From Paraphysomonas bandaiensis (taxonomy: Eukaryota > Protista > Chrysophyceae), in NCBI GenBank assembly GCA_965644295.1, contig CBFFRP010000108.1, positions 287,093 to 351,092 of the forward strand: a DNA stretch of 64,000 nt. The letters are read 5' to 3'. The notes beneath the pieces are model-generated. The model searched no databases, was not told the DNA's origin, and saw only the letters and a list, made by a program, of their open reading frames with translations. The position numbers and the translations under genes were made by a program. Of the stretch, positions 24,774-34,671 are shown in pieces; within the stretch, counting starts at the first letter, position 1; every line of letters starts with the position of its first letter.

Positions 24774-24890
24774 AGTATCGACAGAAGCAGCACGGTGTGT
24801 GCGGGTGTATGAGGGTTGGAAAATCACATGAATTGGGCGCTTATTAGGCCCTCTCTCTCCTCATATGGACATGCAGGAGATAGTAGCTAT

Positions 24891-24893
24891 ATG

Positions 24894-24927
<34 letters not shown>

Positions 24928-25016
24928 TGTATGTATGTATGTATGTATGTATGTATGTATGTATGTATGTATGTATGTATGTATGTATGTATGTATATAT
25001 GTATGTATGTATATGT
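24891..25016. repeat. (TATG)n microsatellite in a divergent intergenic region
   Basis: Directly visible, about 125 bp. Confidence 0.97.
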
Positions 25017-25219
25017 ACTGCTGTACATGTGCGTGTCCAAGTACAGTGTATGTATACTATACACAAGCATAGGGTTGTCTTGTACAGCTATACGGTCGCA
25101 GTGCAGTGTATGATGGAGGAGTGCGCGGTTCAGTGATGTGATATCTTACAGTTGCCACCCATATAATTACAGTCTGTGTTCTTCTGCTGCAACCTCATTC
25201 ATTCCTCTTCATATGCTCG

Positions 25220-25678
25220 ATGTTGCGCTGTGCTGGTAGCGTAGAATATGACGATAACAGTCAGAGGGATGCGAATCACAGTGTGCAGTTGTTGACATCC
25301 GCATCTAAAGCTAATTCAGAGGGATTCTCTCATACTGAAACAATTGTATTCGGGAGTGACGGTGTTTTAATTCGACGAGTAAGATATGATCAAGATATAT
25401 TACGAGAGACATATCTAGCTAGAGCTTTCTTAAATTTTGGGAGTTATAATGTGGGATGGGTGCTGAACGATGCCGTCATGAGCTGTATGATCTGCGACGA
25501 ACCGTTTAGTATCAGTCACAATCGACACCACTGTCGCGCATGCGGAAATTTAGCTTGTGATGAATGCTGTGCACAACGAGTGATAATAAAGCAACTTCCT
25601 GGCATTGAATCGAGAGTGTGCGATATATGTGCCGCCAAGCACCCACCTAACCAGGAATGGGATTTATGTGCAAGTTGA
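25220..25678 (+). CDS. Small FYVE zinc-finger protein (152 aa)
   Basis: WVLND..CMIC...NRHHCRACG..ACDECC...RVCDIC. Confidence 0.88.
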   Translation: MLRCAGSVEYDDNSQRDANHSVQLLTSASKANSEGFSHTETIVFGSDGVLIRRVRYDQDILRETYLARAFLNFGSYNVGWVLNDAVMSCMICDEPFSISHNRHHCRACGNLACDECCAQRVIIKQLPGIESRVCDICAAKHPPNQEWDLCAS

Positions 25679-26234
25679 TACTTCTAAGTAGTTATGTGAT
25701 CAATTTGTGTTATACATTCACCTGATTGACTTACTATTTTTTTGCGCTGTGTTTTGCTACGTGTTATCGATTATTGAGCTATTTCACTCCAGTATGTTGT
25801 ATGTTGGTATGTTGTGGTTGCAGTATACAATGAAATAACTAATATCATATATAAGTACAATTCAATGAAGTAGAGTCTATCGGCAGAGATGTAGAAAATA
25901 AATAGAAATTTGAGAACCACAAACACGTAGCAGACCAGCAACATCATCATCTAGTGCAGATGAATAGAGTCAACAGCAGGAATTAAATATTAATTATGAC
26001 GCGACTAGGAGGGGTATTTGAGCCATATCCTTGTACAATAATAGCTTTATAAATCACTTATTTTTGCTACAATTATTATCAATAGTAATATGTTCTTAGA
26101 TTACAGAATAACCAATTCAGGCCCAATAGCAAGTTAAACTTACGATAGGCACAGTTAATCACTAGAGCATTATCAAATCACAAGGAACTGTCAGTGGAGT
26201 AATATCCAGCTGTTATTCTCTTACATTAAACCCT

Positions 26235-27518
26235 TCACTGAGGAGGGGTTGGTAAATGGTGATCAAACCACACGATGACATCATAAGAACCTTTCTTCAC
26301 ATCCATGACTGCCGATATGTCAGTGTGCATGTTAAACGTTGGCCACGTCTTTAAAATGTCCCATATGTCAGAGTCATCGAAGTCTTTCCCAGCAAGAGCG
26401 TTAAGGTTGTCAGTCATAGGCGTTGCGCGATCATCTGCCGGAATAGGAGGAAATTCCAAGTCGTAGTTTGTAACCCCGACCCAGAAGTCCATTTGAGTGT
26501 TACCGCCGGGAGAGGTAATCACTTCTTCCATTTTGTAGTGGTGCACGACTCTCTCACGACTACGGGCCAGAACAGACCCCTCCGGGTATTTTGTACCTGA
26601 GATAATGTAGTACACTGGGTTCACGATGGGCCACGATCCCATTGCCTCCACTGCTTCGTCGTAAGTCTGATAGTTCTCGAAAACATAGCGTGCATGCTGT
26701 TCAGGTGTACGGGTGCCGTTGCTGAGAGCCATCTCCAAAATATTTAATGGAATGTTTCCACCTTTGCGCCTGGCATCCATGGACCACCCAAAGGCATTCT
26801 CCTTGACCGCATGCAAAATACCAACGAATCCCACAGCAGTCGTTCCATGAAATACAGTTTTCCCTCCTCTCTGGTACTTCACATTAATCAAAAACTGTTT
26901 CAGCGAATCAGCCAAATTCCAGTCCAAGTTGCGACCATGGTAGATAGTGCCATCTGGGTTCGATGCAACGAAAGAGGTGCACGGTCCAGGCCCCTCAATA
27001 TCTTCGTTATCTTTAAGCTGTAAATTTCCGATGCCATTAAAATCATCATTTCGCTCACAGAAATCTTCATTGACTGGTCCAGTGGTATTCCACGAGTCAC
27101 AGGACAGTCCAAGGTGCTCCAATTGATAGATTAAATTGATCATAACAACATCACCCTCAGTAATACCCAAGGCCTTGGCATATCCCTTCATCTCGTCTCC
27201 ATAGTCTTTAAAAAATGGCAGCAGATGACCCGCAACTTTCTCGAGGGGTTTCAACCATCCAGGAGGAAGATTAACGCGCAAATAATTTACCAGCATCCAT
27301 GCCACGTCCTTGTACTCCTCCCCTATCGCAGCCCATCTCTCTTCCTGAGGTAGGTCGAGATTGACAGTGTATTCCTTGGCCACTCGAGGATACTTCTCAT
27401 CAGACCGTACTCTATTCTCCGGTACTTCCATCCAGCCCCGCGCCCCTGCTGATACCAGAGGAACACTTACACATAGAAGACTCGCCACTGCCACGATATT
27501 CAGATAGCGGGATATCAT
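26235..27518 (-). CDS. Acid ceramidase / N-acylethanolamine acid amidase (Ntn hydrolase) with signal peptide
   Basis: Intronless 427 aa. Motifs YTVNLDLPQEERW, EMKGYA and NLIYQL. Autocleavage nucleophile CTSFVA followed by HGRNLD, then VTNYD and DDR. Confidence 0.92.
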   Translation of the reverse strand: MISRYLNIVAVASLLCVSVPLVSAGARGWMEVPENRVRSDEKYPRVAKEYTVNLDLPQEERWAAIGEEYKDVAWMLVNYLRVNLPPGWLKPLEKVAGHLLPFFKDYGDEMKGYAKALGITEGDVVMINLIYQLEHLGLSCDSWNTTGPVNEDFCERNDDFNGIGNLQLKDNEDIEGPGPCTSFVASNPDGTIYHGRNLDWNLADSLKQFLINVKYQRGGKTVFHGTTAVGFVGILHAVKENAFGWSMDARRKGGNIPLNILEMALSNGTRTPEQHARYVFENYQTYDEAVEAMGSWPIVNPVYYIISGTKYPEGSVLARSRERVVHHYKMEEVITSPGGNTQMDFWVGVTNYDLEFPPIPADDRATPMTDNLNALAGKDFDDSDIWDILKTWPTFNMHTDISAVMDVKKGSYDVIVWFDHHLPTPPQ

Positions 27519-27558
27519 ATTTCTGTTGTTGTTGACTATGACTGATAGATAGCTAGAT

Positions 27559-28394
27559 TATGTATGTATGTATGTATGTATGTATGTATGTATGTATGTA
27601 TGTATGTATGTATGTATGTATGTATGTATGTATGTATGTATGTATGTATGTATGTATGTATGTATGTATGTATGTATGTATGTATGTATGTGTATGTATG
27701 TATGTATGTATGTATGTATGTATGTATGTATGTATGTATGTATGTATGTATGTATGTATGTATGTATGTATGTATGTATGTATGTATGTATGTATGTATG
27801 TATGTATGTATGTATGTATGTATGTATGTATGTATGTATGTATGTATGTATGTATGTATGTATGTATGTATGTATGTATGTATGTATGTATGTATGTATG
27901 TATGTATGTATGTATGTATGTATGTATGTATGTATGTATGTATGTATGTATGTATGTATGTATGTATGTATGTATGTATGTATGTATGTATGTATGTATG
28001 TATGTATGTATGTATGTATGTATGTATGTATGTATGTATGTATGTATGTATGTATGTATGTATGTATGTATGTATGTATGTATGTATGTATGTATGTATG
28101 TATGTATGTATGTATGTATGTATGTATGTATGTATGTATGTATGTATGTATGTATGTATGTATGTATGTATGTATGTATGTATGTATGTATGTATGTATG
28201 TATGTATGTATGTATGTATGTATGTATGTATGTATGTATGTATGTATGTATGTATGTATGTATGTATGTATGTATGTATGTATGTATGTATGTATGTATG
28301 TATGTATGTATGTATGTATGTATGTATGTATGTATGTATGTATGTATGTATGTATGTATGTATGTATGTATGTATGTATGTATGTATGTATGTA
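27559..28394. repeat. (TATG)n array, ~835 bp, almost perfect
   Basis: Directly visible. It fills most of the 27519-28454 divergent intergenic space. Confidence 0.99.
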
Positions 28395-28454
28395 GGTGGG
28401 TATGTGTGCCTTATAAAGCTACTGTACATATATATCAATGTATGATATGGCCAA

Positions 28455-28823
28455 ATGAGCAAGAACTCATCGAAATCACGAAAGAAGAAAACGAAGCATG
28501 TCAACTCCGCAAGTGTAAATGATCTCGTTGCTGACATCAGATCCCTCGAGAGCAGAGTGAGGGGGGCGGGTCTAGTTGTGACATATCCAGACACAGAGCA
28601 TGATAAGACTCCTATGCTTGGACACACTAAGGGAAACACTGCTAGTAATAGGAAAGTAATCAAACGACACCAGCAGAAGGAGTTGATGAAAGTCAAACTT
28701 CACTTGGAGGGGATATTGGCCTCTGCCGGTGTTCATACAGGAGACTGTGGTGACTTATCCGATGAAGATGACGGCGACTCCGATATTGACCAAAACTTCG
28801 CTGATTATTATGAAGATTTCTGA
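28455..28823 (+). CDS. Hypothetical protein (122 aa; basic N-terminus, acidic C-terminus)
   Basis: ATG-initiated ORF with protein-like composition, starting about 60 bp after the array. Confidence 0.55.
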   Translation: MSKNSSKSRKKKTKHVNSASVNDLVADIRSLESRVRGAGLVVTYPDTEHDKTPMLGHTKGNTASNRKVIKRHQQKELMKVKLHLEGILASAGVHTGDCGDLSDEDDGDSDIDQNFADYYEDF

Positions 28824-29364
28824 TGTTAGACTTGTGTATATTTGTATTTTAATTTGTTAAGGTGTTTAGCCTCTTTCTAGTGCATTACTGGCGAAATGGA
28901 GTGTGAAGTAGATTTTGCCGCCGATATCTGTTGCTCAGTGAATAAGCGTGATTAACACACAGCCCGCATTTTGACATGAAGACTATCTTGTATTGAGTTA
29001 CACATGGCGCGTTTTGGACACAGACCTTGTATCAGAGAGTGTATCTAAAGTGGTGTTAATCAAGAATATAGTCGTATAGCCAGGGCCAGATAACAATATA
29101 TCCCAATCCAATATATTTTTACTTGGTCCTGTGTATTGTAGCATGGTGAATTCTTTGAATATAGATTAAGGATAATTGTAAACCAGAACATGTCGTTCCA
29201 ATCCCAGCTATTATTATGGTTATCATAATTTGAAGCAAAATACTCCTAATGGACTAATGAATATTCATGGGAAATAATCAATATTCAGTGTTTGCCAAAT
29301 GTACGAGTTATAAGGTTCATGACGTAGACGGTCTCTCTGTACTAGATATTACCTCCTCCTTAGA

Positions 29365-30122
29365 AGTAAACGGTATCCACTATCTCTGCCACCAACAGTA
29401 TCCAACGCGAATGAACTATACGAAATATGTAAGTTAACTTCAAATGAATTGCAACACAGACTGAATACAATCCACTATCTTGTAACTAATATATACTATA
29501 GCAATCGTTTTGGAACAGGAAGTTGACCAACTAACAACTTACTGAAATGAGAAATTGCAACAAACAGGCACCATTTGCCAACATAGTACACATATGCAAT
29601 ATCGAGGTGGCCTTACCAGTAAACGGTATCCACTATCTGCCACCAACAGTATCCAACGCGAATGAACTATACGAAATATGTAAGTTAACTTCAAATGAAT
29701 TGCAACACAGACTGAATACAATCCACTATCTTGTAACTAATATATACTATAGCAATCGTTTTGGAACAGGAAGTTGACCAACTAGCAACTTACTGAAATG
29801 AGAAATTGCAACAAACAGGCACCATTTGCCAACATAGTACACATATGCAATATCGAGGTGGCCTTACCAGTAAACGGTATCCACTATCTGCCACCAACAG
29901 TATCCAACGCGAATGAACTATACGAAATATGTAAGTTAACTTCAAATGAATTGCAACACAGACTGAATACAATCCACTATCTTGTAACTAATATATACTA
30001 TAGCAATCGTTTTGGAACAGGAAGTTGACCAACTAACAACTTACTGAAATGAGAAATTGCAACAAACAGGCACCATTTGCCAACATAGTACACATATGCA
30101 ATATCGAGGTGGCCTTACCAGT
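29365..30122. repeat. Tandem repeat, 3 near-identical copies of a 251-bp unit
   Basis: Units start at about 29365, 29618 and 29869 (AGTAAACGGTATCCACTATC...). The duplicated ORF-track entries are 251 bp apart. Confidence 0.95.
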
Positions 30123-30762
30123 GGATGATGTCCATTACTTTGTCTCTATTGTTGTGGACTTGTTTTATCGGTAACCACACTGATAAGGAACAGTTCTTCC
30201 ATTTTTCTAAGGAAATTACTGTTGTCGATACATTATGAATCTGTGTCGTGTATCATCTTGTTTAGATCTAATGGTAGAAGGGGCCTGTTTATGTGGTGAC
30301 TTTTGCATGTTGATGCAGCAGCCTGCAGTGTGTCTCCTCAACCGCTAATTATTAGGAGGTGTATACCACATATACCATTCATGTATACCCGGGGAGTGAG
30401 TTTGAGTGTATAGGATTCCTACTGTGTATACTGTATACATATACAAGAGCTTTTCGTAGTGGAGTTTTTATGTGTCAAATTATTTAGAAACTCAGTTATT
30501 TTAGATACTATGAACCCTAAAATACGTGCATGTTTTCATATATGTGCGATTTTTTCGTTGTGACATCATCCATTCTGCTTCACATACACACACAGTAGAG
30601 CGGAGAGAGTATCATATCGCCCATCAGCACATAACATACACCCGCAGCGCCCTCATATACACACCCATCAAGTCAAAGAGGTGTAAATAGAGAACACTCT
30701 GCCCATTGGCAGCAGTTATCCTTAACCCCTGTTGCTCGACAACACACATAGCTATCATCCTA

Positions 30763-32687
30763 ATGCTCCTGAGCCCTCCTCCTCATATAACGGCCTACTT
30801 CCTTATAGGTGTATGGGCTGCTCTGGCTGTAGGGGGCATATTCTCTAGTAGAACCATATGGAACAAATGTTTTCCTCGAGGGGGATATGAGATATATAAG
30901 AAACAAGGGGAATACGGTGAGTATGAGCGGTATCCTAAGCCATGGTCCCCCTTCCAAGAGCCTCTTAATGCATGGACCTCTCTGGCTTATCTTATATTCG
31001 GGTGTGTTATCCTCTGCACAGGTGTAAATGATCTTTACGACACCTCTAAACCTCCGAATCATCTTGCAGCTGCACCTGGCTTTTCTATTCTGTATGGGGT
31101 GTCTGGGATTTACTTGGGAATAAGCTCATTCCTCTTTCATGCATCTCATGCGGAAACGTGGCGTAAAGCGGACGCTGGGATGACCTCTGGAGTAGTCCTT
31201 AGCCCTCTCATTTTTGCACTTTGGGATCGTCTTCGTCCCCCCGCAGGAAACCAGTCATGGATGGTTGGTGTAGCCCTCCTCCTGCAGCTTTCTCTCACTC
31301 ACGGGTACTTGCCATATGGATCCTCAGATATACTTCTGCCATCACTGGTTGGAATTGCATGGATTGTGGAATTACTACCCAGATATGGTGGACCAGTGGA
31401 CGACGGACAGTATAGTTTGTGGGGGCAGTGTTTTTACACTTGTATAGTGGGTATGCTACTTAGACTGGCCGATATTAAGAGAGGAAATCCGACCTTCTTA
31501 CACTGGGTATTACGTATATGCATAGGTGAGGCTTTTCCTTATCAAATGTGACTTAATTAATGCTTTGCATATGTTGTTACCTTTTCTAGGCATCTCATTA
31601 TATCCATTTGGGTGGTATTTAGGTCTTTCTAACCCAGTCATACTATGCGGAATAGGTGCCTGGTTCCTTGTCAACTACGATGTCACACTCGGCCATATCT
31701 GGTGGCACTTCGGGTCTGCATATTCCCTCTTCATCTGGTGGTATATGTTGCGCATTCGGCCGGGAAACCAGTATTTTACTGATGCAGTCTTGTCGGACAT
31801 GCCTATTGTGACGGTGCTGCTTTTTATTGGTGTTAAAAATGCTGTGCGGAGGATATTTATGGCGCTCCCCTTCCCTTCCTGTGATCACAGAGATCGGGTA
31901 TTCCTTTTGCTTGATCACACCATCTATGCCATGTGGGGTTACATAGCAGTAGTCGCAATACCAGAAGATCGTTCTCCGGGCTCCTCATGGATGCTCACCC
32001 CAATTCTCTGCTGGAGCTCCCCACCGTTTCCATTGGACTCTTTTTACCTCTATTTCCTCGCCAAAGTGGCGTCCCATATAGAAGACCTTGGAATGCTAGT
32101 AACGCGAAATATTCTCAATCGACAGAAGAAGGTTGAGGAGGACGACTCATATGTTTCCAGCAATATTGATAAGAAAAACATACCGAGTCCCGTCGACCGC
32201 ACTGACAGCAGTGTGGCAATGCACCACATGGTATCAGCGGCGTTGTGCATGGGCTCATGGTTCACAGGCTACTCACGTATTGCCTCCTTGGTGATGGTGC
32301 TACACGACATCAGCGATGTACCACTGGACATAGCTCGAGTAGCTGCCATAGCTGGATGGAATCTGGTACAAAACTTATTTCTAGGGGTGTCCATACTTTC
32401 GTGGGCCTACTGGAGGTATTTAAGTGGATCAAAGATTGTTATGATTTAACTCCTTATTTCACAGATTGTGGTTCTTTGTGACAGTTGTGCTGTATACAAT
32501 TGCATTTGAGTCAAAAAGCCTTCATAACTCAAGTTCATGTGACCCGGGCTCGTGTACCTGGACCTCTGTGCCAGAGAGAGTGCCTTTTTTACTTCTGCTT
32601 GGGGTATTGGTAATACTGCATGCTACTTGGCTATATAAATTGGGAAGAAAGTTTTACGTTGAGGTAAATAGGTATATTGCTAGGTAA
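30763..32687 (+). CDS. Fusion protein: CREST/alkaline-ceramidase-like hydrolase plus TLC (Lag1/CerS-type) ceramide synthase domain, 3 exons, ~603 aa
   Basis: Introns 31526-31589 and 32416-32464 give an in-frame 1812-nt CDS. CREST motifs QEPLNAWTSLAY, SSFLFHAS, WRKAD and GHIWWH. Lag1 motif DRTD...MHHMVSAAL..GSW...SRIASLVMVLHDISDVPL, then WAYWRLWFF and LVILHATW. Confidence 0.85.
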
Positions 32688-33794
32688 GTAATTTGTAATA
32701 TGGGTTGCAACGTAAACTACTCTTTGAAAAAAATGCATATACGTGGTAATGCGAACTTTGGGACACACTGTTGTGCTTATTATGCAGTCCGAGAAATTCA
32801 GTAATAAGTAATATTAGCTGAAATAACGAAATGTATTTGATAAGGATGGCTGATCGAACACATTATAAGTATGTTACGTGTGTATTAAAAATTATACTAG
32901 GTCCTACTTCCTTGATTTTTTTGCGCTGTAATGCTATCGCCTGGTCTAATAGCTCACAAGGTAATATAATACAGTTCTAGTGGATGTCTATAGACTATAG
33001 AATATATTTGCGGATATGAGATTCACTGGTGAACAGATGTGACGATATGAGTAACATGTTACATAAATATAACACTGATTACATTGAGAACAAATTTCCT
33101 CTAGTATACTCCTCTTCATACTACTATATACTATTACAAGTCTACACAACCGTATATTAATTCGATCAGTTACTGTTCGGGTAAGTGAGGTTTGTTGTCA
33201 CTTTGAATCTTCAGGGCTGCCTATTCGAAGCAACGTTATGAATAATTGTGTGCACCTTCCTCCTATCATGTTTGACTCTACCACGCATAAAAGCTTTTGC
33301 TTTAGAGTTCGCAATGTTCGGTACAAATCACTGAAGAACACTAGTTCAGTGACTTATGGTACACTACGCTAAGCACTCATATTCTTGATCAATTAAATGA
33401 ATTATTAAATGTTTATGTGGATAAATCCAATTGGGTTTCACAACAAAAAATGCTGTTTTATAACAATAACTGCAGTCAAATATGTATAGTAAAACAATAT
33501 CGATGCTGATAATGCGTATTCGCTATCATGTTTGATTGAGATCTGCTTCTGCAGTTGTCTGCCATTCTGGTCTCCACAGATTTTTACAGAAGCCTTGAAA
33601 ATTGAAAATCTGCCTCTCAGTTTCATAATGAACATTCGAACAAAACATGTTAATGATGCTATAGTGACTTTGAAGTTTTAAATAGCTACATGCTACATGT
33701 GGTTATACCGCTTATGATTATGTGTAATAACGTAATAACTAATATACGCATTCAATTTATACCTTGCCAGTGTAAAATTGGCAGTACTTTTTTA

Positions 33795-33886
33795 TGAATT
33801 AATTGTAATTAATTGTAATTAATTGACTAGCTACAGTTAATTATAATTGCAATTATGATTAGCTGTCCTAATTTCAATTATTGCAC
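33795..33886. repeat. AATTG-rich fragment homologous to the MITE-like segment at about 17815-17870
   Basis: AATTGAC...AGTTAATTATAATTGCAATTATGATTAGCTGTCCTAAT matches AATTGAC...AGTCAATTATAATTGCAATTATTACTTGCTGCCTCAAT. Confidence 0.55.
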
Positions 33887-34671
33887 TTTTTGATTTGAAC
33901 CATCATCAAATATCAAGACTTGGAAGTACATTGCTTGCAACGAAACGAGATAATAGCTGACGTAGTACTAGGCTAGTTTCAGCGACATATCCAACGTAAA
34001 AAAATAAAGGGAAAGCGCAGGGCATTTCTTTTTCTGTTAATTAACCTAAGGCCTACAACTACAGAATAGTCTATCGTCTATTGTATTGTTAGAAAGTGAT
34101 ATTTTTAGTAATATAAGACCTTCGTTAACACTTATATAGAATATTATATAATTATAAGAGTTACCATACTTCATTCATTGACATTCACCAACTCTTTTTA
34201 TCTCTGCTACACCAACCATTTCTAGTACGATCTTACATCGTCACTATCTTGTACAGTCAGTATATTTCAGTTTCATCACTACAATGGCTATCATATATTG
34301 GTTCTCATACTACAGCTAGCTACTACTGTATTCTTTGTGTAACGGATATAATTCTAATATCTTGGAAACTACAGCTTTTAATTGCTCACAAACAGCAAAA
34401 CTCAACATTGTTCCCTATCCCTGACGCAGCTGTATGCCTTTAATCTAATAAAGAATAGCTAAATGCACCAATTAAGGAAAGAAAGGACGGTATAATTCTC
34501 CAACTCGCATTAATTAGATAAGTTGTTGTGACACATTAATAGCAGTAAAAGGTAATGACATGGGCTCGAAACCGACAACTCCTACTAACTGAATATCGGT
34601 TCTATAAGTACAACGCAACACGCAGTATACTAGCTGACTAGCTGGCTAGCAGTAGGACGAGCGAAAGAAGC

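Noticed and set aside
27536-28696. Long ORFs of YVCM/IHTY repeats here and at 24816-25136, 44265-45589 and 59083-59620
   Set aside because: These are artefacts of translating a stop-free (TATG)n microsatellite, not proteins.
29365-30122. Possible CRISPR-like array or duplicated small genes (60/76-aa ORFs)
   Set aside because: The units are fully repeated with no unique spacers, the context is eukaryotic, and the ORFs lack protein-like features.
34550-34590. tRNA T-arm/B-box-like sequence (GGTTTCGAGCCC on the minus strand)
   Set aside because: There is no cloverleaf, A-box or acceptor stem.
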